A stretch of 64,000 bases of DNA from assembly GCF_009914755.1 (NCBI RefSeq), contig NC_060948.1; one strand, written 5' to 3'. This document shows, piece after piece, positions 38,305 to 57,600 of this stretch; the first letter of the stretch is position 1; every line of letters begins with the position of its first letter. Source of the DNA: the human T2T-CHM13v2.0 reference genome, Homo sapiens. The notes under the pieces were generated by a model, which searched no databases, was not told where the DNA came from, and saw only the letters and a program-made list of their open reading frames with translations. The position numbers and the translations under genes are program-made.

Positions 38305-40432
38305 AGATCCATATTTTTTAAATGAAAAAAAATTTCAAAGGTACTCTGCTTGGTACAATAATCAAATGTATAAACTGAGGAATAAAACATAACCATGAAA
38401 CCTACTTATAACTGCATATGGAAAATACAGAGGATAATTTTTTAAATAACATATTTTGAAAGCCTTAACTAGTAATTTGAAGAGTTGGCATTTGAAAGGC
38501 CAGTATGAATATACCTTCAAAGCAGCAACACAGGTTCCCCATGAGAAAAAGCAAACACAGGGAAAACAAAAACACAAAGGTTCAATCTCTTCTGACCTTT
38601 GAAAGACACAGCACAGACAGTGGTCCTTAGGACGAAGAGCAGGAGACCCCTAATTCTGTCACCATGGCGATAGGGCATAAACATTGCTGGGTGAGGGCAC
38701 AATCCACATTGTGAGGTCCAACTGCTGCCAGGAAGACAGGAGTGCTTTTACATAGACCGAAAGGTCATTGAAGGCTCAGAGTTTTGTTTCAAGAACTGAA
38801 TCCCAAGCCCACACGTTATTAGGCTGCGCTTCTTAAAACAAGTTATGAGATGGGAAAAAGGGCACCCACAAACATACGTATACATTATGTATATAATAAT
38901 ATACAGTATCATATATATAATATATATAACCTATGTATAATATTGTTTTACATCCTGCATCTTATGTTATATATATTGTATAAAATATAATAATTGATAA
39001 TATATAAGTTTTATAATTATACAATATGACATACAGTATATATTATAATTTATGACATATATAATATATGTTATATGTCATATATAGAATATATTATACG
39101 GTTAATATACGTATTAAATATAAATTATACATTATATATATTATATATAATATATCTGTTATATATAATACCCATTATGCATAATATATATATTATGTCT
39201 ATGTTATATATAGTATAAAACAACATATAATAATATATAATTGTATATATAAAATGCGACATATAATATATATTATATTTTATAACATATGTAATATATA
39301 TTATATATTATATATAATACGTTGTATGTATAATACCTATATTAAATATATATTATATGACTATGTTATTAATTACATGTCACATGTGTTATATATTATA
39401 TATTTTACATAGAATATACCGGTTACATACAATATATACTATGTTACCTATAATGTATAATTGATTACATGTAAAATAAAGAATGCAATATATTATGTAT
39501 AATTTATAATATACCATATGTGGAATGTGATATATATAACATATAATATATGATATATGATATACAGTATATGATATATAACATACAATATATGATTCCT
39601 AATATATATGGTATACAATATATATTTTATGATATGTATTCTATATGTTTTATATTCTGTTATATATAACTATTTGAAATTATATATAACTGTATAATAT
39701 TTTATGTAAATATGTAATATAATATATATAACTATATAATATATTATATATAACTATATATTATGTTATATATACTTTTATAACATAATTTACATAAAAT
39801 ATCATAATATAATATATATTATATTATTTCATATTACATAATATATATTACATATCACCCAATATAACTAACATACATAATATTATAATATAGATTATAT
39901 TGTGTTATATTAAATATCATATATATCATGTATCATATATTCTATAATATATATTACACATTATATAATATGTATGTTCTCTATTATGTGATATATATAA
40001 CTATATATATAATTATATTTTTATACATATAACTAGATAAGCATGTAATTCTACATATTTTCATTTATAATATGTAGAATTATATAATCATATATAATTA
40101 TTTATATTCTATAAAAAATTTTATCATTATATAAATTATAATATATAAAAATTATAATATGTACTACAAATATATATATTATATATCATATATGATATAG
40201 TACCTTTGTTATATATCATAATACATATAAATGTGTATTATGTTATCTATAATTATATAATTTCATATATAAGATGTATAATATGTATCATATATTATAT
40301 GTGTTATGTAATATATATAGTATATATAAGATGACACAGGATAAATATTATATACTATGACATATAAAATATATCAGGTTATATGTTACATATAAGGCAT
40401 AGCACATAACATGTAATATATATCATATATAA

Positions 40433-40724
<292 letters not shown>

Positions 40725-41139
40725 AGATCCATATTTTTTAAATGAAAAAAAATTTCAAAGGTACTCTGCTTGGTACAATAATCAAATGTATAAACTGAGG
40801 AATAAAACATAACCATGAAACCTACTTATAACTGCATATGGAAAATACAGAGGATAATTTTTTAAATAACATATTTTGAAAGCCTTAACTAGTAATTTGA
40901 AGAGTTGGCATTTGAAAGGCCAGTATGAATATTCCTTCAGAGCAGCAACACAGGTTCCCCATGAGAAAAAGCAAACTCAGGGAAAATGAAACCACAAAGG
41001 TTCAATCTCTTCTGACCTTTGAAAGACACAGCACAGACAGTGGTCCTTAGGACGAAGAGCAGGAGACCCCTAATTCCGTCACCATTGCGATAGGGCATAA
41101 ACATTGCTGGGTGAGGGCACAATCCACATTGTGAGGTCC

Positions 41140-44844
<3,705 letters not shown>

Positions 44845-46525
44845 AATTGCTGCCAGGAAGACAGGAGTGCTTTTACATAGACCGAAAGGTCATTGAAGGC
44901 TCAGATTTTCGTTTCAAAAACTGAATCCCAAGCCCACACGTTATTATGCTGCACTTCTTAAAACAAGTTATGAGAAGGGAAATAGGGCACTCGCAACATA
45001 CGTATATAGTATGTATATAATAATATACACTATCATATATATAATATATATAACCTATGTATAATATTGTTTTACATCCTGCATCTTATATTATATATAT
45101 TATATGTAATATAATAATTGATAATATATAAGTTTATATTTATACAATATGACATATAATATATATTATATTTTATGACATATATAATATAGATTATATA
45201 TCATATATAGAATATACTATACGGTTAATATACGTATTAAATATATAATATACATTATATATATTATATCTACGTTATATATAACATTAACTATAGATAA
45301 TATATATATTATATCTAGCTTATATATAATATAAAATAACAGATAATTATATATAATTGTATATATAAAATATGACATATAATATATATTATATTTTATG
45401 ACATATATATCATATATATTATATATTATATATAATATGTTGTATGTATAATACATATATTATATATATATTATAAGTCTAAATTATTAATTATATGCAA
45501 TATATGTTATATATTACATATTTTACATTTCATACACATGTTACATACAATATATACTATGTTACATGTTACCTAGAATTTATTATATATAATATAATGT
45601 ATGTCATATATTATATATACTTTATAGTATGCAATATGTGGAATGTGATATATATAACATGTAATATATGATATATGATATACGATATATGATATATAAT
45701 ATACAATATATGATACATTTTATATATGGTATACAATATATATTTTATGATATATATCATACATGTTTTATATTATATTATACATAACCATTTAATTATA
45801 TATAACTCTATAATATTGTAGGTAAATATATAATATAATACATATAACCATATATTATGTTATTTATAATTTTATTACGTACATTCAATAATATATCATA
45901 ATATAATATATATTATATTATATTATTTTATATTACATAATATATATTATATATCACATAGTATGTGTTACATACATAATATTTAAATATATATTATATT
46001 ATGATATATTAAATATTATATATATTATGTATGCTATACTGTATAATATATATTATATATTATATATTATGCAGGGTGTCTATTATATGATATATATTAT
46101 AATATATATAATTATATTATACATATAACGATATAAATATGTAATTATATTTAACATTATTTATATTACATATAGTTATATAATCATATATAATAATTTA
46201 TATTATAAAAATAATTATATCATTATATAAATTATAGTATATATAAATTATAATATGTGATAAATAATATATATTATATATCATATATGATATAGCATAT
46301 ATGTTATATATCATATTATATATCAATTTACGTTATGATATCTATAATTATATATTTTCATATATAAGATGTATAATATGAATTATATATTATATATGTT
46401 ATTAAATATATACTTTATATAAAATGACACAGGATAAATGTTATATATTATGACATATGATATATATGCGGTTATATATTATATATGAAGCATATTACAT
46501 AACATATAATATATATCATATATAA

Positions 46526-46817
<292 letters not shown>

Positions 46818-47232
46818 AGATCCATATTTTTTAAATGAAAAAAAATTTCAAAGTTATTCTGCTTGGTACAATAATCAAATATATAAACTGAGGGTTAAAA
46901 CATAACCTTGGAACATATTTATAAGTGCATATGGATAATACAGAGGATAATTTTTTAAATAACATATTTTGAAAGCATTAACTGGTAATTTGAAGAGTTG
47001 GCATTTGAAAGGCCAGTATGAATATACCTTCAAAGCAGCAACACAGGTTCCCCATGAGAAAAATCAAACTTAGGGAAAATAAAACCACAAAGGTTCAATC
47101 TTTTCTGACCTTTGAAAGACACAGCACAGACAGTGGTCCTTAGGACGAAGAGCAGGAGACCCCTAATTCCGTCACCATGGCGATAGGGCATAAACATTGC
47201 TGGGTGAGGGCACAATCCACATTGTGAGGTCC

Positions 47233-48290
47233 AACTGCTGCCAGGAAGACAGGAGTGCTTTTACATAGACCCAAAGGTCATTGAAGGCTCAGTGTTTTGT
47301 TTCAAAAACTGAATCCCAAGCCCACACGTTATTATGCTGTGCTTCTTAAAAAAAGTTATGAGATGGGAAATAGGGCACCCACAATTATATCTATACATTA
47401 TGTATATAATAATATATAGAATCATATATATAATATATGTAACATATATATATAATACTGTTTTACATCCTGCAGTTATATTATATATATTATATGTATT
47501 ATAATAACTGGTAATGTATAAGTATTATATTTATACACTGTGACATATAATAATTATATTTTATGCCGTATATAATATATATTATATATCATATACCAAA
47601 TATATTATATGGTTAATATACGTATTAAATATATAATATACATTATAAATATTATATCTACGTTATATATAACATTCACTATAGTTAATATATATATTAT
47701 ATCTAGCTTATATATAATATAAAATAACATGTAATAATATATAACTGTATATATAAAATATGACATATAATATATATTATATTTTATGACATATATATGA
47801 TATGTATTATATATTATATATAATATGTTGTAAGTATAATACATGTATTAAATATATATTATATGTCTATGTTATTAATTATATGTAATATATGTTATAT
47901 ATTACATATTTGATATGGAATACACATGTTACATAGAATATATTCTATGTTACATATAACGTAGAATTTATTATGTGTAATATAATGTATGGCATATATT
48001 ATAAATTCCTTATAATATACAATATGTGGAATGTGATATATATAACTTGTAATATATGATATATGATATACAATATATGTTATATAACATACAATATATG
48101 ATACATAATATATATGGTATAGAATATATATTTTATGTTATATATTATATATGTTTTATATTTTATTATATATAAATATTTAAAATTATATATAACTGTA
48201 TAATGTTATACGTAAATATATAATATACTACATATAACCATATATTATGTTATATAAAATTTTATTACATACTTTCCATAATATATCATA
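47233..48290. repeat. Terminal truncated DYZ2 unit
   Basis: Begins aactgctgcc like the other units and stops inside the AT-rich block (equivalent to about base 1087 of unit 1). Confidence 0.9.
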
Positions 48291-48507
48291 TGGACTCCTT
48301 TGGAATGGTCTAGTATGCAATGCAATCGACTGGCAGGGAATTAAAAGGAATGCAATCGAATGGATTGCACAGGAATGCAATGGACTCGAATAGATTGGAA
48401 ACAGAATGCAAAGGAATGGAATGGAATAGTATGGAATGGAATGGAAAGGAATGGAGTGGAATAGACTAGAGTAGAATGGAATTTACTCGAAAGCAATGGA
48501 CTGGAAT

Positions 48508-48522
48508 AGAACTTTCTTGAAT
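48508..48522. promoter_or_regulatory. Consensus heat-shock element nGAAnnTTCnnGAAn (also at 51287, 54831, 58380, 61924)
   Basis: aGAActTTCttGAAt; motif match only, binding not shown. Confidence 0.5.
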
Positions 48523-49985
48523 GGGCTGGAATCAAACGGAATGGAATGCTGTGCAATCAAATAGAATGAAAGAGAATCAAATCCAATCGAATGGATTGGA
48601 AAGGAATTGACTGAAATGGAATGGACTAGAATGGAAGGCAAAGGAATGGAATCTATAGGAATGGACTGTAATGGAATGGAATGGAAGGGATTGGAATGGA
48701 ATCGAATGGAATGGACTGCAATAGAAAGGATTCGAATGGAATGAAAAAGAATTGAATGGAATAGAACAGAATGGAATCAAATCGAATGAAATGGAATGAA
48801 ATAGAAAGGATTCGAATGGAATGCAATCGAACGGAATGGAATCGAACGGAATGGAATAAAATGGAAGAAAACTGGCAAGAAATGGAATCGAAATGAATGG
48901 AGTGTTATGGAACGGACTCAAAAGGAATTGAATGTAATAGAATGGAGTGGAGTGGACTCGAATATAATGGACTGGAATGGAATGAAATCACATGGAATGG
49001 GAACAAATGGAATGGAATGGAAAGGAATGGAATCGAATGGAAAGGAATCGAATGGAAGGGAATGAAATTGAATCAACAGGAATGGAAGGGAATAGAATAG
49101 ACGGTAATGGAATGGACTCGAATAGAATGGACACGAATGCTCAAATTGAATGGACTCGAATGGAATGGAAACGAAAGGAATGTCATCGAATGTAATTGAA
49201 TCGATTGGAATGAAATCGCATAGAATGGAGTGGAATCAAATGGAATTGAGTCGAAAGGAAAGGAAGCGAATGGACTGAAATGAAATGGAATGGAATTGAA
49301 TGGAAAGTAATGCAATGGAATAGAATGGAACGAAATTTCACGGAATGGAATCAAACTGAATGGAATCAAATCAATGGAATCAAATCAAATGGAATGGAAA
49401 GGAATTGAATGGAGTAGATGGGATTGGATGGGATTGGAATGAAATGTACTGGAAAGAACTCGAATTTCATGAAACGGAATGGAATGAATTGGAACGGAAT
49501 GGACTCGAATGGAATGGAATGTCATGGAATGGCATCAAATGGAATGGCATCAAATGGAATGGAATCGAATGCAATGGAATGCTATGGAATGGAATGGAAT
49601 GCATTGGAATGGAATGTCCTCTAATGGAATGGATTCGAGTGGAATGGAATCGAATATAATGGAGTCGAATGAAATGGAATTGAAAGGAATGGGACCGAAT
49701 ACAATGGAATATACTGGAATGTAATGTAATGAACTCGAATGTAATTGACTGCAATGGAATGTACATGAATGGAATGTAATCGAATGGAAAGTAATCCAAT
49801 GGAATAGAATCTAATGCAATAAAATCGACTCAAATAGAATAGAATGTAATGGAATGGAGTGCAGTGCAATGGAATGGAATGGAATGGAATGCAGTGGAAT
49901 GGAATGGAATGGAATGCAATGGAATGGAATGTATTAGAATGTAATGAACATTAATGGAATGTACTCGAATGGATTCGACTGGAAT

Positions 49986-50000
49986 GGAATGTTCTGGAAG
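49986..50000. promoter_or_regulatory. Consensus heat-shock element (also at 53530, 57079, 60623)
   Basis: gGAAtgTTCtgGAAg; motif match only. Confidence 0.5.
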
Positions 50001-50265
50001 TTTATGGACTCCAATGGAATAGATTCGAAAGGAATGGAATCGAACGGAATGGAATCTAATGGAATGGAATTAAATGGAAATGAATCAAATTGAATAGCAC
50101 GGAATTGAATTGAATGGAATAGAATGCAATGTAATCTAATGAAACAGAAAGGAAAGGAATGGAATGGAATGGAATGGGCTGGAATGGAATGGAATCGAAA
50201 CGAATGGAATGGAATCGAACTAAAGAGACTGGAATGGAATGCACTGGAATGGAAGGGAGTGTAAT

Positions 50266-50280
50266 GGAAGGTTCTCGAAA
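50266..50280. promoter_or_regulatory. Consensus heat-shock element (also at 53810, 57359, 60903)
   Basis: gGAAggTTCtcGAAa; motif match only. Confidence 0.5.
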
Positions 50281-51069
50281 AAAATGGAATCGAATGGAAT
50301 GGAATTGAATGGAACGGAATAGAGTCGAATGGAATTGAATGGAATGGAATGGACTAGAGTGAAATGGAATCGAACCACAAGGAATGGACAGGAATAGAAT
50401 GGTCTCGAATTGAATGGAATCGTATGGAATGGCATCAAACGGAATGGAATGGACAGCCACGGAATGGAATGCACTCGAATGCAATGGAGTCGAAACTAAT
50501 GGACTGGAATAGAATGGACTCGACTGGTACGGACTCCAATGGAATGGAATCGAATGGAAGGGAATCGAACGGAATGGACTCGAAGGGAAAAGACTGCAAT
50601 GGAAAGGTCTCGAATGGAATGGAAATTAATGGAATGGAATGGAATCGAATGAAATGGAGTCAAAAGGAATGGAATCGAATGGCAAGAAATCGAATGTAAT
50701 GGAATCGCAAGGAATTGATGTGAACGGAACGGAATGGAATGGAATCCAAAGGAATGGAATAGAATGGAATGGAATCAAATGGAAAGGACTCGAATGGAAA
50801 TCACTCGAATAGAATGCAATTTAATAAAATAGGATCAAATGTAATGCAATGGAATGGAAAGGAATCGAAACGAAAGGAATGGAGACAGATGGAATGGAAT
50901 GTAACAGAGAGCAATGGTATAGAATGGAATGGAATCATCTGGAATGGAATTGAATGGAATGCAATAACATGAAATGGAATGGAATGGAATGGAATGCCCT
51001 TGAATTAAATGGACTGGAATGGAATGGACTCGAACAGAGTGTAATGGAAAGTGTTGAAATAGAATGGAA

Positions 51070-54000
51070 TGGACTCGTTTGGAATGGTCTAGTATGCAAT
51101 GCAATCGACTGGCAGGGAATCAAAAGGAATGTAATCGAATGGATTGGACTGGAATGCAATGGACTCGAATAGATTGGAAACGGAATGCAAAGGAATGGAA
51201 TGGAATAGTATGGAATGGAATGGAAAGGAATGGAGTGGAATAGACTAGAGTGGAATGGAATGGACTCAAAAGCAATGGACTGGAATGGAACTTTCTTGAA
51301 TGGACTGGAATCAAACGGAATGGAATGCAATGCAATCAAATGGCATGGAATAAAATAGAATGAAAGAGAATCAAATGGAATTGAATGGAATGGAATCGAA
51401 TGGATTGGAAAGGAATAGAATGGAATGGAATGGAATTGACTCAAATGGAATGGACTAGAATGGAATGGATTCGAATGGAAGGCAAAGGAATGGAATCTAT
51501 TGGAATGGACTGTAATGGAATGGAATGGAAGGGATTGGAATGGACTCGAATGGAATGGACTGCAATAGAAAGGATTCGAATGGAATGAAAAAGAATTGAA
51601 TGGAATAGAACAGAATGGAATCAAATCGAATGAAATGGAATGGAATAGAAAGGAATGGAATGAAATGGAATGGAAAGGATTCGAATGGAATGCAATCGAA
51701 TGGAATGGAATCGAACGGAATGGAATAAAATGGAAGAAAACTGGCAAGAAATGGAATCGAAATGAATGGAGTGTTATGGAACGGACTCAAAAGGAATTGA
51801 ATGTAATAGAATTGAGTGAAGTGGACTCGAATATAATGGACTGGAATGGAATGAAATCACATGGAATGGGAACGAATGGAATGGAATGGAAAGGAATGGA
51901 ATCGAATGGAAAGGAATGGAATGGAAGGGAATGAAACTGAATCAACAGGAATGGAAGGGAGTAGAATAGACGGTAATGGAATGGACTCGAATAGAATGGA
52001 CACGAATGCACAAATTGAATGGACTCGAATGGAATGGAAACGAAAGGAATGTCATCGAATGGAATTGAATCGATTGGAATGAAATCGCATAGAATGGAGT
52101 GGAATCAAATGGAATTGAATCGAAAGGAAAGGAAGCGAATGGACTGAAATGGAATGGAATGGAATGGAAAGTAATGCAATGGAATAGAATGGAACGAAAT
52201 TTCACGGAATGGAATCAAACTGAATAGAATCAAATCAATGGAATATAATCAAATGGAATGGAAAGGAATTGAATGGAGTAGATTGGATTGGATGGGATTG
52301 GAATGAAATGGAATGGAAAGGACTCGAATTTCATGAAACGGAATGGAATGAATTGGAACGGAATGGACTCGAATGGAATGGAATGTCATGGAATTGCATC
52401 AAATGGAATGGCATCAAAGGGAATGGAATCGAATGCAATGGAATGCTATGGAATGGAATGGAATGCATTGGAATGGAATGTCCTCTAATGGAATGGATTC
52501 GAGTGGAATGGAATCGAATATAATGGAGTCGAATGAAATGGAATTGAAAGGAATGGGATCGAATACAATGGAATATACTGGAATGTAACGTAATGAACTC
52601 GAATGTAATTGACTGGAATGGAATGTACACGAATGGAATGTAATCGAATGGAAAGTAATCCAATGGAATAGAATCTAATGCAATAAAATCGACTCAAATA
52701 GAATAGAATGCAATGGAATGGAGTGCAGTGCAATGGAATGGAATGGAATGGAATGCAATGGAATGGAATGGAATGGAATGGAATGCAATGGGATGGAATG
52801 GTATGGAATGGATAGTAATGGACTGGAGTGAAATGGACTGGAAAGGAATGGACTCAAATTGAAAGGTCTCGAAAGGAATGGAGTCAAATGGAATGGTCTG
52901 GAATGGAATGAACACGAATGTAATGCAATCCAATAGAATGGAATCGAATGGCATGGAATATAAAGAAATGGAATCGAAGAGAATGGAAACAAATGGAATG
53001 GAATTGAATGGAATGGAATTGAATGGAATGGGAACGAATGGAGTGAAATTGTATGCAGTAGAAGAGAATAGAATGGAATGCAAGCGAAAGGAAAGGAATG
53101 GATTGGAATGGAATGGAATTCATTGGAATGGAAGGGAATGTAGTGTAATGGACAGGCCTGGAATAAAGTGGAATGCTACGGTCTCGAATGGAATAAAAAT
53201 GTATGGAATGGAATGCAATGAAACGGAATCGAATGTCATAGAATGTAATGGAATGCAAAAAAATGGAATCCAAAATCATTGACTGGAAAGGCTGGGTGTC
53301 GAAAGGAATTGACTCCAATGGAATGGAATCGAATGGAATGGAAGTGAATAGAATCGAACTAAATCGAATGGAATGGAATTGATAGGAACGGAATGGAAAG
53401 GAATGCAATGATTTGGCATGGAATGGAATCGAATGGCATCGAATGGAATGGAATGGAATGCAATGGAATGGAATATATTAGAATGTAATGAACTTTAATG
53501 GAATGTACTCGAATGGATTCGACTGGAATGGAATGTTCTGGAAGTGAATGGACTCCAATGGAATGGATTCGAAAGGAATAGAATCGTACGGAATGGAATC
53601 TAATGGAATGGAATTAAATGGAAATGAATCAAATTGAATAGCACGGAATTGAATTGAATGGAATGGAATGCAATGGAATCTAATGAAACGGAAAGGAAAG
53701 GAATGGAATGGAATGGAATGGGCTGGAATGGAAAGGAATCGAAACGAATGGAATGGAATCGAACTGAAGAGACTGGAATGGAATGCACTGGAATGGAAGG
53801 GAGTGTAATGGAAGGTTCTCGAAAAAAATGGAATCGAATGGAATGGAATTGAATGGAACGGAATAGAGTCGAATGGAATTGAATGGAATGGAATGGACTA
53901 GAGTGAAATGGAATCGAACCACAAGGAATGGACAGGAATAGAATGGTCTCGAATTGAATGGAATCGTATGGAATGGCATCAAACGGAATGGAATGGACAG

Positions 54001-54613
54001 CCACGGAATGGAATGCACTCGAATGCAATGGAGTCGAAACTAATGGACTGGAATAGAATGGACTCGACTGGTACGGACTCCAATGGAATGGAATCGAATG
54101 CAAGGGAATCGAACGGAATGGACTCGAAGGGAAAAGACTGCAATGGAAAGGTCTCGAATGGAATGGAAATTAATGGAATGGATTGGAATCGAATGAAATG
54201 GAGTCAAAAGGAATGGAATCGAATGGCAAGAAATCAAATGTAATGGAATCGCAAGGAATTGATGTGAACGGAACGGAATGGAATGGAATCCAAAGGAATG
54301 GAATAGAATGGAATGGAATCGAATGGAAAGGACTCGAATGGAAATCACTCGAATAGAATGCAATTTAATAAAATAGGATCAAATGTAATGGAATGGAATG
54401 GAAAGGAATCGAAACGAAAGGAATGGAGACAGATGGAATGGAATGGAACAGAGAGCAATGGTATAGAATGGAATGGAATCATCTGGAATGGAATTGAATG
54501 GAATGGAATAACATGAAATGGAATGGAATGGAATGGAATGCCCTTGAATTAAATGGACTGGAATGGAATGGACTCGAACAGAGTGGAATGGAAAGTGTTG
54601 AAATAGAATGGAA
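51070..54613 (+). repeat. DYZ1 unit, type B (3544 bp)
   Basis: Marker at 51070 and 54614. Confidence 0.9.
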
Positions 54614-57600
54614 TGGACTCGTTTGGAATGGTCTAGTATGCAATGCAATCGACTGGCAGGGAATCAAAAGGAATGTAATCGAATGGATTGGACTGGAATG
54701 CAATGGATTCGAATAGATTGGAAACGGAATGCAAAGGAATGGAATGGAATAGTATGGAATGGAATGGAAAGTAATGGAGTGGAATAGACTAGAGTGGAAT
54801 GGAATGGACTGGAAAGCAATGGACTGGAATGGAACTTTCTTGAATGGAGTGGAATCAAACGGAATGGAATGCACTGCAATCAAATGGCATGGAATAAAAT
54901 AGAATGAAAGAGAATCAAACGGAATTGAATCGAATGGAATCGAATGGATTGGAAAGGAATAGAATGGAATGGAATGGAATTGACTCAAATGGAATGGACT
55001 AGAATGGAATGGATTCGAATGGAAGGCAAAGGAATGGAATCTATTGGAATGGACTGTAATGGAATGGAATGGAAGGGATTGGAATGGACTCGAATGGAAT
55101 GGACTGCAATAGAAAGGATTCGAATGGAATGAAAAAGAATTGAATGGAATAGAACAGAATGGAATCAAATCGAATGAAATTGAATGGAATAGTAAGGAAT
55201 GGAATGAAATGGAATGGAAAGGATTCGAATGGAATGCAATCGAATGGAATGCAATCGAATGGAATGGAATCGAACGGAATGGAATAAAATGGAAGAAAAC
55301 TGGCAAGAAATGGAATCGAAATGAATGGAGTGTTATGGAACGGACTCAAAAGGAATTGAATGTAATAGAATGGAGTGGAGTGGACTCGAATATAATGGAC
55401 TGGAATGGAATGAAATCACATGGAATGGGAACGAATGGAATGGAATGGAAAGGAATGGAATCGAATGGAAAGGAATCGAATGGAAGGGAATGAAATTGAA
55501 TCAACAGGAATGGAAGGGAATAGAATAGACGGTAATGGAATGGACTCGAATAGAATGGACACGAATGCTCACATTGAATGGACTCGAGTGGAATGGAAAC
55601 GAAACGAATGTCATCGAATGGAATTGAATCGATTGGAATGAAATCGCATAGAATGGACTGGAATCAAATGGAATTGAGTCGAAAGGAAAGGAAGCGAATG
55701 GACTGAAATGAAATGGAATGGAATTGAATGGAAAGTAATGCAATGGAATAGAATGGAACGAAATTTCACGGAATGGAATCAAACTGAATGGAATCAAATC
55801 AATGGAATATAATCAAATGGAATGGAAAGGAATTGAATGGAGTAGATGGGACTGGATGGGATTGGAATGAAATGTACTGGAAAGGACTCGAATTTCATGA
55901 AACGGAATGGAATGAATTGGAACGGAATGGACTCGATTGGAATGGAATGTCATGGAATGGCATCAAATGGAATGGAATCGAATGCAATGGAATGCTATGG
56001 AATGGAATGGAATGCATTGGAATGGAATGTCCTCTAATGGAATGGATTCGAGTGGAATGGAATCGAATATAATGGAGTCGAATGAAATGGAATTGAAAGG
56101 AATGGGATCGAATACAATGGAATATACTGGAATGTAACGTAATGAACTCGAATGTAATTGACTGGAATGGAATGTACATGAATGGAATGTAATCGAATGG
56201 AAAGTAATCCAATGGAATAGAATCTAATGCAATAAAATCGACTCAAATAGAATAGAATGGAATGGAATGGAGTGCAGTGCAATGGAATGGAAGGGAATGG
56301 AATGCAATGGAATGGAATGTAATGGAATGGAATGGAATGGGATGGAATGGTATGGAATGGATAGTAATGGACTGGAGTGAAATGGACTGGAAAGGAATGG
56401 ACTCAAATTGAAAGGGCTCGAAAGGAATGCAGTCAAATGGAATGATCTGGAATGGAATGAACACGAATGTAATGCAATCCAATAGAATGGAATCGAATGG
56501 CATGGAATATAAAGAAATGGAATCGAAGAGAATGGAAACAAATGGAATGGAATTGAATGGAATGGAATTGAATGGAATGAGAATGAATGGAGTGAAATTG
56601 TATGCAGTAGAAGAGAATAGAATGGAATGCAAGCGAAAGGAAAGGAATGGATTGGAATGGAATGGAATTCATTGGAATGGAAGGGAATGTAGTGTAATGG
56701 ACAGGCCTGGAATAAAGTGGAATGCTACGGTCTCGAATGGAATAAAAATGTATGGAATGGAATGCAATGAAACGGAATCGAATGTCATAGAATGTAATGG
56801 AATGCAAAAAAATGGAATCCAAAATCATTGACTGGAAAGGCTGGGTGTCGAAAGGAATTGACTCCAATGGAATGGAATCGAATGGAATGGAAGTGAATAG
56901 AATCGAACTAAATCGAATGGAATGGAATTGATAGGAACGGAATGGAAAGGAATGCAATGATTTGGCATGGAATGGAATCGAATGGCATCGAATGGAATGG
57001 AATGGAATGCAATGGAATGGAATGTATTAGAATGTAATGAACTTTAATGGAATGTACTCGAATGGATTCGACTGGAATGGAATGTTCTGGAAGTGAATGG
57101 ACTCCAATGGAATGGATTCGAAAGGAATGGAATCGTACGGAATGGAATCTAATGGAATGGAATTAAATGGAAATGAATCAAATTGAATAGCACGGAACTG
57201 AATTGAATGGAATCGAATGCAATGGAATCTAATGAAACGGAAAGGAAAGGAATGGAATGGAATGGAATGGGCTGGAATGGAATGGAATCGAAACAAATGG
57301 AATGGAATCGAACTGAAGAGACTGGAATGGAATGCACTGGAATGGAAGGGAGTGTAATGGAAGGTTCTCGAAAAAAATGGAATCGAATGGAATGGAATTG
57401 AATGGAACGGAATAGAGTCGAATGGAATTGAATGGAATGGAATGGACTAGAGTGAAATGGAATCGAACCACAAGGAATGGACAGGAATAGAATGGTCTCG
57501 AATTGAATGGAATCGTATGGAATGGCATCAAACGGAATGGAATGGACAGCCACGGAATGGAATGCACTCGAATGCAATGGAGTCGAAACTAATGGACTGG

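Larger units (their letters stand above)
48291..51069 (+). repeat. DYZ1 unit, deleted form (2779 bp)
   Basis: Marker tggactc.tttggaatggtctagtatgc at 48291 and 51070. Confidence 0.9.
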
